From Candidatus Poribacteria bacterium (GTDB lineage: Bacteria; Poribacteria; WGA-4E; WGA-3G): a stretch of 64,000 nt of DNA. The stretch is taken from contig OZ251518.1 in assembly GCA_965242965.1 (NCBI GenBank), positions 3,072,001 through 3,136,000 on the forward strand, given 5' to 3'. The translations under genes and the position numbers were made by a program. This document shows, piece by piece, positions 18,972 to 28,385 of this stretch. Position 1 is the first letter of the stretch, and each line of letters starts with the position of its first letter. A model generated the notes under the pieces. The model had not been told where the DNA came from, ran no database searches, and saw only the letters and a program-made list of their open reading frames with translations.

Positions 18972-19016
18972 GGCTCAAGCGTTAGGGTGGATTTCTATAT
19001 CCACCCCCTGAGGCCC

Positions 19017-19151
19017 GTAGCGCGGGGGCCTGTCCCCCGCTGAGCCCGCTTGTGCCCGTAGCGCGGGGGCCTGTCCCCCGCGATGGCCCGTTTCTCGCGT
19101 GTGCTGATGCACCCGATTGAGAACGTAGCGCGGGGGCCTGTCCCCCGCGAT
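19017..19151. repeat. Three tandem REP-A copies
   Basis: GTAGCGCGGGGGCCTGTCCCCCGC three times. Confidence 0.88.
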
Positions 19152-19189
19152 GATTTTCTCCCGAAATCGAATCAAAGGAAGGCAATTTT

Positions 19190-20614
19190 TTGCCCCATCA
19201 TCCCCTCATGCCGCAAAGCGAAGAACATCTCCGCGACTACTTCCAACTTCTCCGAAAGCATGATTTCACCATCTGCTTGTGTGTTTTGCTTGTCCTCGGC
19301 ACTGCCCTTGTCGTCACCCTGCGTTTGCCGAAGACGTATGCAGCCTCTACCTTAATGCAACTCGTCCAACCGAGTCCCACGCCGTCGCTTTCCTCAACCA
19401 ACCTGTTTCAAAGCGTCTTGTCCGGCGGCGGGGATAGGCGCGCGATGGAGACGCTCAGCAGCCGCTTCACCACAGAATCTATGTTGCACACGGCAATGAC
19501 AAATCTGGAAGACACGCGGGACATCGCAGGCGTAGTCTATCTGCCTACTATCGGCAAACTCAAACGGGTGTTGACAGCGCAGGTGCAACCCGATTCCGAT
19601 TACATCGTGCTGACGCTGGAATTGACGGAAGCGGAAGGCGGCGAACGAAACGCCGCGCTCCTCGTCAATCAACTCGTTGAAGATATGCAAGTGTTGCGCA
19701 GCGTCGATGAGCAGACGAAACTCGCCGAACGCCGACGCTTCCTCAACGAAAAACAGAAGGAGCTTGAACGCGAGACAGACAAATCTCTCAATGCCATCCT
19801 TCAGTTCGTCCGCGAAAATGGGAGTCCCGAAATCTGGACACCGATGCTCAGCAATTTACTTGAACGGCGCGCCAGTTTAAAAACAGCATTAGCAGCGACG
19901 GAACAAAACCTTGAGACGACGCGCACGCAACTCGCGTATTTAGAGGAAAAACTTCGCCAGCTTCCCGAACAAGTGCCACTCTCCGAAACGCCGACACACA
20001 ACCCTGTCTGGCTTTTTCAGCAGGAGAAACTCTTCGCGCTCAAATCGCAACGGGTGGCGGATGCTGAAAAGGTCGGCAAGGATGTCTCGGAGTTGAAGGG
20101 ATTGGACGCGCAAATTAAGGAAGTGGCGGCAGAAGCCGAACGCACCGCGCCAACGACGACGACAGTCACCTCCGGCCCCTCTCCACGCTATAGTTATATC
20201 CAAAATCAGTTATTGGAGTTCACACTGGCACTTTCACGATACGAAAACGCGCAGCGACAGTTAAAAGAGCAACTCCGGCAACTGAATACGGAATTGGAGC
20301 AGTTGATAGCACAGTTCCCCGAAAACCAATATCTCCTCACGCAGTTGCTGGCGCGGGTTCAGAAAACGAACGCGCTGATGGCGGAGATTGCGAAGCGCGC
20401 ACTGGAAGCGGAAATTTTAAGCGCGGAAGCCACCGTGCCAACTTCTCGCAATCAGTTAGGCGGCATTGAAATCATTGACAGAGCTGTCCCAAGAAAGATT
20501 CCTGTGAGTCCGCAACTCAAACTCATCGTCATCATCGCCGGGGTTGCAGGCTTGACATTGGGGGTAAGCATCGCGTTGTGCCTTGAGTATTTTTTACCTA
20601 CTGAGGACAGATAG
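19190..20614 (+). CDS. Wzz/GumC-like polysaccharide co-polymerase (no kinase domain)
   Basis: HLRDYFQLLRK, TM, PKTYAASTL, long coiled coil, IEIIDRAVP..PVSP then TM; start may be ATG 19208. Confidence 0.8.
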   Translation: MPHHPLMPQSEEHLRDYFQLLRKHDFTICLCVLLVLGTALVVTLRLPKTYAASTLMQLVQPSPTPSLSSTNLFQSVLSGGGDRRAMETLSSRFTTESMLHTAMTNLEDTRDIAGVVYLPTIGKLKRVLTAQVQPDSDYIVLTLELTEAEGGERNAALLVNQLVEDMQVLRSVDEQTKLAERRRFLNEKQKELERETDKSLNAILQFVRENGSPEIWTPMLSNLLERRASLKTALAATEQNLETTRTQLAYLEEKLRQLPEQVPLSETPTHNPVWLFQQEKLFALKSQRVADAEKVGKDVSELKGLDAQIKEVAAEAERTAPTTTTVTSGPSPRYSYIQNQLLEFTLALSRYENAQRQLKEQLRQLNTELEQLIAQFPENQYLLTQLLARVQKTNALMAEIAKRALEAEILSAEATVPTSRNQLGGIEIIDRAVPRKIPVSPQLKLIVIIAGVAGLTLGVSIALCLEYFLPTEDR

Positions 20615-20680
20615 AGACATCTGTCCTTTGTCCTTACAATTCTTCCAAAACTAAATCGTTCTGCTGAAATTTCATATTGC

Positions 20681-20709
20681 TTGACATTTATCAGAAATGA
20701 GGGTATAAT
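20681..20709 (+). promoter_or_regulatory. Consensus sigma70 promoter, probably leaderless
   Basis: TTGACA-17 nt-TATAAT, ATG 6 nt downstream, no SD. Confidence 0.8.
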
Positions 20710-20715
20710 AATTAA

Positions 20716-21447
20716 ATGTTAACTTATGCACAAAACCCTCGGGTCTATCTCGATCCGACGGTTATCAGTTACTTCGTGGCGGACCCCAGCAAAAACCCAC
20801 AACTCGCCTTGTGGCAAAGGGAAAGCCGCCGCTTTTGGAACGACTTCCAGGATCAATTTGTGTTTGTGGTTTCTGACACGGTTCTGGATGAAATCCGCAG
20901 AGGTGACGCGATGCAGGCCAAGAAACGGCTTGCTGCAGTCGCACAATTTACCGTATTGTTGGAGACACCCGAGGCGGTTGCGCTCACACAGCAGCTGCTC
21001 GCCGCGGGTGCCGTGCCAGAAAGCGCGGCATCGGACGCAGAGCATATTGCCATCGCCACGGTGCATGGTGTGGATTATCTTGTTTCGTGGAACCACAAGC
21101 ATCTTGTGAATGTCCACCAACTCAGGCGAATCAACCGTGTGTGCGAAGCGGCGGGGTTTCGGCCTGCCATTATCTGCACACCGACAACCTTAATGGAGGG
21201 ACTTGTCATGAAAGAAAAATTCGTTGGGAAGTGTTATCTCCCCGGCTTCGATCCGGAGACTTACACGGATCCGGTTCTTGAAGAGTGCTACCGTATCAAG
21301 CGGGAAATCAGCGAGGAGTTCAAGACTGCCGAGGAACGCCACGCGTATTTAGTTGCCTTCGAGATAGAGAATCGGAAGAAGGGCTACAACTATGCGCCGA
21401 TTCCACCGCATCTGGAGCGGTATCCTCATCAGGAGGACGTAGACTAA
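20716..21447 (+). CDS. PIN-domain (VapC-like) protein fused in frame to a 79-aa putative antitoxin-like domain
   Basis: VYLDPTVIS, VLDEIRRGD, DAEHIAIA, LVSWNHKHL, ICTP; internal GGAGG RBS and ATG 21208 begin the DPVLEECYRIKREIS domain. Confidence 0.85.
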   Translation: MLTYAQNPRVYLDPTVISYFVADPSKNPQLALWQRESRRFWNDFQDQFVFVVSDTVLDEIRRGDAMQAKKRLAAVAQFTVLLETPEAVALTQQLLAAGAVPESAASDAEHIAIATVHGVDYLVSWNHKHLVNVHQLRRINRVCEAAGFRPAIICTPTTLMEGLVMKEKFVGKCYLPGFDPETYTDPVLEECYRIKREISEEFKTAEERHAYLVAFEIENRKKGYNYAPIPPHLERYPHQEDVD

Positions 21448-21915
21448 TCCTGATGCCACTCCCCTAGCGTAACGGGGGAACCTGTCCGCTGCGATGCTGC
21501 GCCGCTTTACATCCGGTAATGTCCACCAACTGCGGCGAATCAACCGGGTGTGCGAAGCGGCGGGGTTTCGGCCTGCCATTATCTGCACACCGACAACCTT
21601 AATGGAGGGACTTGTCATGAAAGAAATAATTCAAAAGTATCCGGTTCCTGATTTCGATCCGGAGACTTACACGGATCCGGTTCTTGAAGAGTGCTACCGT
21701 ATCAAGCGGGAAATCAGCGAGGAGTTTGAGACTTACGAGGAATACAGCGCGTATTTAATTGCCCTAGAGATAGAGAATCGGAAGAAGGGGCACAAATATG
21801 CGCCGATTCCACCGCATTTGGAGCGGTATCCTCATCAGGAGGACGTAGACTAATCCTGACTCCACTCCCATCGCGCAAGGGGGAAAACCTGTCCGCCGCG
21901 AGGCTGCGCCGCTTT
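21109..21915 (+). repeat. Tandem duplication, period 409 nt
   Basis: AATGTCCACCAACT... at 21109 and 21518, through the stop codon and a diverged 3' UTR. Confidence 0.92.
21617..21853 (+). CDS. Stand-alone diverged copy of the putative antitoxin-like domain
   Basis: GGAGGGA RBS, ATG 21617, 78 aa MKEIIQKYPVPDFDPETYTDPVLEECYRIKREISEEF... Confidence 0.7.
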   Translation: MKEIIQKYPVPDFDPETYTDPVLEECYRIKREISEEFETYEEYSAYLIALEIENRKKGHKYAPIPPHLERYPHQEDVD

Positions 21916-21938
21916 CCACAGGCGGCGCGCCCGATACG

Positions 21939-22015
21939 TGTCAGGGTGGAAATTAAAAATCCGCCCTGACACCTGAGAAATCTGCATAAAAATATAGACA
22001 TTTTTATGCAGATTT
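21939..22015. terminator. Two adjacent inverted repeats (terminator and/or operator)
   Basis: GTGTCAGGGTGGA...TCCGCCCTGACAC and the perfect 16-bp IR AAATCTGCATAAAAAT-N6-ATTTTTATGCAGATTT. Confidence 0.5.
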
Positions 22016-22179
22016 TGTATAATATCATCAATAAGCATTGGCGCGAAAACGGCATCAATTCGCGCACGCCGATTTTTATTCAACACCCGCGCGCTTGCGC
22101 CAGAGACATTCTGTTTTTGATGAGAACGTCATTTTCGTCTACGTGGTCCTGAATCGCGCTGCACTCGCGCGGAATACGC

Positions 22180-22292
22180 TTGAAAAAATACTGCATTTTA
22201 TGGTATCATGTGGCAAAATCATATCACATACAATGCGGATACCTTTTTTCTGCAAAAATAATGTTGACAGAAAATCGGATTTCTGTTATATT
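22180..22292 (+). promoter_or_regulatory. Tandem sigma70-type promoters for the large-protein/ExbBD operon
   Basis: TTGAAA-18-TATCAT (22180-22209) and TTGACA-17-TATATT with extended TG (22264-22292); the latter overlaps the near-palindrome ACAGAAAATCGGATTTCTGT. Confidence 0.65.
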
Positions 22293-22591
22293 TAAACTAA
22301 ATAGCATTTTGTGAAAATCTTATCAATCTTTTGATGCACATTTCTCACAAAACGCCCCTTAATGCGTTGTCGCGAGGCTGATTCCCTGCAATGGCGCGGC
22401 ATTCCGTGCAATGCCACGAACGCACCTGAACGTTCAACTTAAACGGACAACAGCGGTTTTTCGTTTACACGCTCAGGCAGTTTCTGCAACGAATTAAGGT
22501 TTTTGTCGGAGTCGGAGCCGGGGCGGCTCGGTGGCTCACCGGTGACTGCCTCTATCTGACTCAATTATTCCCAAGGAGGAAAAACAAACTA

Positions 22592-25500
22592 ATGAACGAG
22601 TTAAGACAATCTTTTGATGTTTTGCTTGTAGTCACTTGCATCCTGAGCGCGTTTGTGCTCTACGGCTGTGGCGCGCAGAGCCTCGGGCCGCAAGAACCCC
22701 TCTTACCTACGATTGAGGGTGGTGCTAAATTCTCTGCACGATTCCAATTGGAGGAAGAACCGCAGTTCTTCTATGACCTGTTCGGTAAGGAGCTGCTTGA
22801 GGGTAACGAAGTCTATAACTATCGCGAGCAAAAAGGTTTCAACCAGAACGGCGAATTGATTGTCGGTTGGACCGGACAGCTGGATAGTGAACGATTCTCA
22901 GCGCAGCTGGACAGGACTGTCTTAACGGAAGACAGTTTCCGCGGACGTTATACCGAATTTGCTATCGGCGATGACATGCGCTTCAAGCCCGCGACGTTGT
23001 TCCCGAACCGCTACATTCTCTACAAAACAGAGTTTGACGGATTCCGCTGGGATATCTCCTTCGCGCAGGAACGGCACCTCTTTACGCTGATTAACTCGCG
23101 TATCTCAAACCCTGTCAAATTGACAGACGCGGCGGCGAACCTTGCACCGACACTCGGCCGCCGAAACGGGTTGAATGAGGATGCAGGGGTGCGGCACATT
23201 GAAAACGCACGCCTCGTCGGGTTCCGCATGCAAGGACTCCTCGGTGACATCTTCCGCGTCGGGTTTACCTACGTCAATCTGCACAAGGAACACCCCGAAC
23301 GCGTGGAAAACCCACTCATGGGAACCGTTGCTAATACACCGCCGGAATCCATCTCCGTCGTCTTCCGCGATGACTCGCCCGAAGACAATCACGGAGTCGT
23401 CACCCAATTCTCTGGGTATGACGAAAACAAACATGGACAGAACATCCAAGGCGGTGTCGGCGCAGCTTTCAAATCCATGACTGTGACGGTAATCACGCAG
23501 GCGACAGAAGAACTCACGGCTGAAGAAATTGCTGACGGCGTGGAACCCGCCATTCAGCCGGAGCAGACGCAGAAAATTGAGGTGTTTGTCAACGATATTA
23601 CGCCTATTGATGTCGGCGGACTCCCATCCGAAATTCGCGACTCTGTTGATGGCGAATGGAAGATTGTGGACGGGTTCAATAAAATGAAATATGACCTCAT
23701 TTTTGAAGAACACGACATCGAACCGCGCACCGTCAAATCCGTTGTCTTTGACATGGTGGTAGCCGGTGATTACAACATCGCTGTCATCGGTGTCAGTGCA
23801 GCGAATAGAGCCGCCGAAGGCGCAGACCCCGTCGTCGAAGAATGGATTAAAACCGAAGACGGACACATTGAAATGCCCTACCGCGATGTCATCCAAGCAC
23901 CCGGCAACTACGGGCAATCCTCGGATTACACGAGCAATCGCGCAAGCCTCTACGATAATCCCAGTGACTGGGACGGCGAAGGCAGACCGCGGAAAGTCCG
24001 GTATCGCTACGGTGCCGCACGAGCCGCACTCCTTTACGGACTTGACCTGGAAGGAACAATCGGTAATGTCTTCTTACGGGCACACTACTCTATTAACGGG
24101 AAATACAAACAGTATCCCACGCTGCCCAAGGACAAGGTAGGGTTCAGCCGCACGACGACGACTATCATCAGTGATGAAGGCGATGAGGAAGAAACCGGTA
24201 TCTCCATCGATCCCGCCACCGGGTTAACTTTGGACCGGAACGGGATACCTACCTATGCCGAAACCGAAGGCGAACGCTTTGAAGCACGCCTCGGCGGAGA
24301 CGGCACCGATGAAAGCGGCGATGGCCAACTCGGCAGAGAAAGCGCATGGTTCGTCCAACTCCGCTCGCGCTTCGGTAAACTGTATCTCGAAGGAGTCTGG
24401 TACCACATCGACCCGGGCTACACCACTACCTATCTGAACTTCGGGTCTAATACCGACAGAGATCAGACTTACTCGTTGGAACGAACACCCGAATCGCAGT
24501 CTGAGACAGACCCGTGGGACGAAGTCAACTACGCGCTCATTGAAGATGACGATGATGACGACGATTGGCCGGACGACATCGATTTCGATGGTGTCCTCCC
24601 GCGTGCTGATGATAGGGACCAGAACGGTGTCCTGGACTTCCAAGAGGACTTCCTCATCTTTGACGCAGACCCGCCCGTGTTCACCGACCTGGTCGATCTG
24701 AACAATAACGGCACTATCGACTCGCTTGAAGATGATTTTGAACCGCAATATGAATACGGCGTTGACAGGGCAGGCTATCATCTTGTCGCAGAGTATGACC
24801 TGCTGGATAACCTCTCTCTCAAAGTCGGGTGGTTAAACGAAAGCGAAGTCTCAAGTCGTCGGCAGAACGATTCCAGATACCTGCATGTCACCTATCAGCG
24901 TGACATTCCGGACTTTGGAACCGTGCTCTTCCAGAACCGGTTCGTCCGCGTTCGGGATGACATTCCGGATTATACCATCACGTTGCGTGTCGGTGAATTG
25001 GAGCCGGTCCAAATCTCTGATGAGTTGGATTACTACAATGCGCGTGTCAACACGACGACGCTCCAGTTCCTCTATACGGCGATTCCGAACTTAACCCTCG
25101 AAGCGAAGTTCCTCGTCGTCTTGCAGCATCAGTATGAGCAGGACGAGGAGAGCGCAATCTTCTTGGATGTTGAGTATGATGCGCAGACGGAAAACTTTGA
25201 GGCAGACGAGCGCGTTGACTTCATGGTGCCTGTTGAACAGGTGCGTGCTTCGGGTGAGAAGCGGGAATACCCGTTCTATCCGGACCACGGTATTAACGCC
25301 TTGGATGCGGAAGACCCGGGCCTCATCTACGATTCGGAGAACTGGAAGACACGCCGCTATCCCGAACGGGATATTCGGAATCAGCAGACGATTCTGAAGG
25401 CGCGCTATGAGATTCCGCTCGGCGATTTGCCGTTCATCGACAGAATCGGTGAAGATTTGACACTCACGCCGATGGTGAAATACATCTGGGATCGGGCATT

Positions 25501-25918
25501 TGATAGAGGTGCCGAAGAGATTCCGGATGCGCTCAACCCGCGCTTGTTCGTGCCGACTGATGACGAACCCGTTGAATACTTGCGTTTCAACCGCCGGAGC
25601 CGTGAAGACGTGCTCGGCGTGCGGCTTGATTATCAGTTCACGCAGCGGATGAACATCCTCGGCGGCTTCCAATACCGGAAATTCACCAACCGGGATAACA
25701 ACTTCAAGAACTACTTGACGAACTTCCCGGCTGATGAAGACACCCCGGTCCTCTTCCGGCCAGACCTGCGGACGCGTATCTTTGAAGTCCAAGCCATCAA
25801 CCGTGGGGAATGGCTCGGCTTTAACATCGTTATCCTTGCAGGTTACCGCCGGACCACCATCCTCCTCGAAAACACGACGAGTAACACGACGTTCGTTCGA
25901 GCGATGATGGGGTTCTAA
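22592..25918 (+). CDS. Large acidic cell-envelope protein of unknown family (possible outer-membrane beta-barrel or lipoprotein)
   Basis: 1108 aa, AAGGAGG RBS, lipobox-like LYGC, DxDxDG-type motifs (DIDFDG, DRDQNG, DLNNNG), alternating beta-strand segments, ends TFVRAMMGF. Confidence 0.85.
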   Translation: MNELRQSFDVLLVVTCILSAFVLYGCGAQSLGPQEPLLPTIEGGAKFSARFQLEEEPQFFYDLFGKELLEGNEVYNYREQKGFNQNGELIVGWTGQLDSERFSAQLDRTVLTEDSFRGRYTEFAIGDDMRFKPATLFPNRYILYKTEFDGFRWDISFAQERHLFTLINSRISNPVKLTDAAANLAPTLGRRNGLNEDAGVRHIENARLVGFRMQGLLGDIFRVGFTYVNLHKEHPERVENPLMGTVANTPPESISVVFRDDSPEDNHGVVTQFSGYDENKHGQNIQGGVGAAFKSMTVTVITQATEELTAEEIADGVEPAIQPEQTQKIEVFVNDITPIDVGGLPSEIRDSVDGEWKIVDGFNKMKYDLIFEEHDIEPRTVKSVVFDMVVAGDYNIAVIGVSAANRAAEGADPVVEEWIKTEDGHIEMPYRDVIQAPGNYGQSSDYTSNRASLYDNPSDWDGEGRPRKVRYRYGAARAALLYGLDLEGTIGNVFLRAHYSINGKYKQYPTLPKDKVGFSRTTTTIISDEGDEEETGISIDPATGLTLDRNGIPTYAETEGERFEARLGGDGTDESGDGQLGRESAWFVQLRSRFGKLYLEGVWYHIDPGYTTTYLNFGSNTDRDQTYSLERTPESQSETDPWDEVNYALIEDDDDDDDWPDDIDFDGVLPRADDRDQNGVLDFQEDFLIFDADPPVFTDLVDLNNNGTIDSLEDDFEPQYEYGVDRAGYHLVAEYDLLDNLSLKVGWLNESEVSSRRQNDSRYLHVTYQRDIPDFGTVLFQNRFVRVRDDIPDYTITLRVGELEPVQISDELDYYNARVNTTTLQFLYTAIPNLTLEAKFLVVLQHQYEQDEESAIFLDVEYDAQTENFEADERVDFMVPVEQVRASGEKREYPFYPDHGINALDAEDPGLIYDSENWKTRRYPERDIRNQQTILKARYEIPLGDLPFIDRIGEDLTLTPMVKYIWDRAFDRGAEEIPDALNPRLFVPTDDEPVEYLRFNRRSREDVLGVRLDYQFTQRMNILGGFQYRKFTNRDNNFKNYLTNFPADEDTPVLFRPDLRTRIFEVQAINRGEWLGFNIVILAGYRRTTILLENTTSNTTFVRAMMGF

Positions 25919-25935
25919 ACTTGTTTGTGGCGAAT

Positions 25936-25994
25936 TGGGCACGATGCATTCGTGCCCAAAAGCCCATTTGTCTCCCGCGCTTCAGCGCGGGAGA
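25936..25994 (+). other. Intergenic hairpins
   Basis: TTGGGCACGA...TCGTGCCCAA and TCTCCCGCGC-TTCA-GCGCGGGAGA; no clear U-tract. Confidence 0.45.
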
Positions 25995-26156
25995 AACCGA
26001 TAAGCATACCTGAAAAAAGTGCGTAACTTATGAACGACTCAGGTGTTAAAACTTTAGAAACTTGAAGGGAATGTTGCGGCTGATTTAAGACGCGTCGTTG
26101 GAAACCGCGCCGATAGCCCGGCACCCTCAAGTTACCCTAAGGAGGAATGATAACGA

Positions 26157-27161
26157 ATGACCCGTTTAAGTTTGATGTTAATGTTAATGGCGTGTGTCGG
26201 GATGTTTGCCGGCATCGCCATCGCTCAAGACGCAGACGTTGCGGCGAGCGGCGGCACAGTCCGTGGCGATATTGTTGACACCACGACAGCCCAAAATCCG
26301 ATTCCGGGTGTGGAAGTTCGCATCGTCAACTCAGCCGGTGACGAATTTACGGCGCAAACCGATCAGGGCGGTTCTTATGAACACTCTGGCATTCCGGCAG
26401 GTCGTTACCTGATTAGTATCTACAGAGAAGGCTATGGCGACCGGACAGGTAAACCCGTTACCGTCGTGAACGGTGGAGACCACTTTGTCCCGTTGAAGAT
26501 GACGAAGAAGGACAATATCGTCAGTTTTTTCCAGAAATTCGGTTTCGTTTTCTGGCCGCTGGCACTTTGCTCCATCACGGCGTTAACCTTCATTATTGAG
26601 AGGCTTTTCACGTTCGCACGGAGCCGTTCGCGGATTGGGACAGAGCAGTTCATCGCGAGCATCACCGACTCCCTGCGGAAAGAGAACATTATGGAAGCGG
26701 TTTCTACCTGTGAAGAGGCCGGCGGTCCGCTCGCGAACGTCCTCAAGGCGGGGCTCCTGCGCTACAGCCAGGCTCAGATTGAGGAACGCGAAGTCACCAA
26801 AGAGGAAATTCAGGAAGCGATTGAGGAAGCGAGCCTTCTTGAGATTCCGGAGTTGGAAAGAAACCTGCCTGTGCTTGGCACGGTTGCAGTCGTCTCACCG
26901 CTGTTTGGTCTGCTCGGGACGGTGACAGGTATGATTAGTGCGTTTACCACAATCGCACTGGAAGGAACCGGTGACCCGCAGCAACTCGCAGGCGGTATCT
27001 CACAGGCACTCCTGACAACCGCTGCTGGGCTGACCGTCGCTATTCCGTGCCTGATTTTCTTCCAATTATTTGATAGTTGGGTAAATCGGCACATGGTAGA
27101 GATCTCCCAGGTTTCCACTGAGATTGTCAACCAGCTGATTGTTGGTGACGCGAGTGCTTAG
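26157..27161 (+). CDS. MotA/TolQ/ExbB proton channel with N-terminal carboxypeptidase-regulatory-like beta-sandwich domain
   Basis: Signal peptide; GTVRGDIVD..PIPGVEV..TDQGGSY..GIPAGRY; then PLFGLLGTVTGMISAF and LAGGISQALLTTAAGLTVAIP. Confidence 0.92.
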   Translation: MTRLSLMLMLMACVGMFAGIAIAQDADVAASGGTVRGDIVDTTTAQNPIPGVEVRIVNSAGDEFTAQTDQGGSYEHSGIPAGRYLISIYREGYGDRTGKPVTVVNGGDHFVPLKMTKKDNIVSFFQKFGFVFWPLALCSITALTFIIERLFTFARSRSRIGTEQFIASITDSLRKENIMEAVSTCEEAGGPLANVLKAGLLRYSQAQIEEREVTKEEIQEAIEEASLLEIPELERNLPVLGTVAVVSPLFGLLGTVTGMISAFTTIALEGTGDPQQLAGGISQALLTTAAGLTVAIPCLIFFQLFDSWVNRHMVEISQVSTEIVNQLIVGDASA

Positions 27162-27232
27162 TGTGGCCTTAGCGATATCGGTGGGCGCGCGGCGATGCGC
27201 GCCTGCCGGTGAACACAGAGGAGGACTCTGAA

Positions 27233-27682
27233 ATGCAACAGCTTGCCGAAGGCAAATTGAACCTGATTGCCACGAAGATTCGGGAACGCAAGGCACCGAC
27301 GCTGAGTATGGCACCGATGATTGATTGCGTCTTCCTGCTCCTGATTTTCTTCATGGTATCGACGACATTCTCGCCGATACCGGGCCTCCGGGTGCAACTG
27401 CCGCCGCCAGGGAAACCCTCTCCGGATAAACCGAAGGGGCTGACGGTGCGCATTGCGAACCCCGATGCTGGTCAAAGCAGGGGCACCATGGTCCTGAACG
27501 ACGAAGTCGTAGAGATTGATGAAATGTTTAACCGCTTCATCAACGCGCCGGAGGAAGCCACCAGCATGCTCATTATCCAATCCGAACGCGATGTGCTTCA
27601 CGAGCAGATCGTGCAGGTGATGGATATTGCGAAGCAAGCCGGTATTGACAAAATCGGGTTCGCGATTGTCGCGAGAGACTGA
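27233..27682 (+). CDS. ExbD/TolR family protein
   Basis: MAPMIDCVFLLLIFFMV with the conserved Asp; VQVMDIAKQAG; GGAGG RBS before ATG 27233. Confidence 0.92.
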   Translation: MQQLAEGKLNLIATKIRERKAPTLSMAPMIDCVFLLLIFFMVSTTFSPIPGLRVQLPPPGKPSPDKPKGLTVRIANPDAGQSRGTMVLNDEVVEIDEMFNRFINAPEEATSMLIIQSERDVLHEQIVQVMDIAKQAGIDKIGFAIVARD

Positions 27683-27803
27683 CGTAAGGCTCTCGCGATA
27701 TGAGCATACCCAGAATGGACAGACCCGGGACGGGTAAGCGTGCTTTCAACGCGCGCCTACGGGCAATTGGGGCTGTCCATGTCCAGAAAGAAGGAGAATT
27801 CAG

Positions 27804-28225
27804 ATGGCTCTCAACATGTCCCGAAGACGGAATAAGGGCGACGACGATGACATTCCGATGGCCCCGATGATCGACTGCGTTTTTTTGCTGTTGATTTTCT
27901 TCATGGTATCGGCTGTTATGCGGGTTCCCCGCCGTTCACCGTCACGCTTCCGGATTCCGCAACGCAGCATGAATTCACCCGCAAGAAGTTCAACCTCTTT
28001 ATCAGCAGCGACGGGCGTATCTCCATCGATGACCAGGAGATGCTGTCGCTGGCGGACATGGAGCTTTTCATCGCGTCGCATGAGAACCAGATTAGCACGC
28101 TGATCATCAAAGCGGATAAGCGTGCGAAGCACGGCGTTGTCATTGACGTGGTGGAACGCGCGAAGATGCGCTCCAGTAAACCGGAGGGGCTTGAAATCGC
28201 ATTTGCGGTTTCGGAGGAGGACTAG
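27804..28225 (+). pseudogene. Second ExbD/TolR family gene with a single-base frameshift (possibly a sequencing error)
   Basis: PMAPMIDCVFLLLIFFMVSAVMRVP in one frame; adding one C to the C4 run at 27927-27930 continues PPFTVTLPDSATQHEF...IIKADKRAKHGVVIDVVERAK. Confidence 0.85.
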
Positions 28226-28240
28226 TTCCTCATTCGGTGG

Positions 28241-28281
28241 AAAGAAAAGAAAAAAGGCAGCCGCGGCTGCCTTTTTTTCTT
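28241..28281. terminator. Bidirectional intrinsic terminator
   Basis: AAAAAAGGCAGCC-GC-GGCTGCCTTTTTTT. Confidence 0.85.
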
Positions 28282-28385
28282 GCAAAGAGTGAAAACTTTG
28301 TGGTATCATAATTAATGTCAAACAGGTAGCACAACAACGGCTACCTGGGCTACCTGTATTATCGCTTTAAGGAGCAACAAACTAT

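Noticed and set aside
21109-21915. Diversity-generating retroelement template/variable repeat pair
   Set aside because: Differences are not adenine-specific (C/T, GC/TA, CG/TA changes and an indel), and no reverse transcriptase is in the window.
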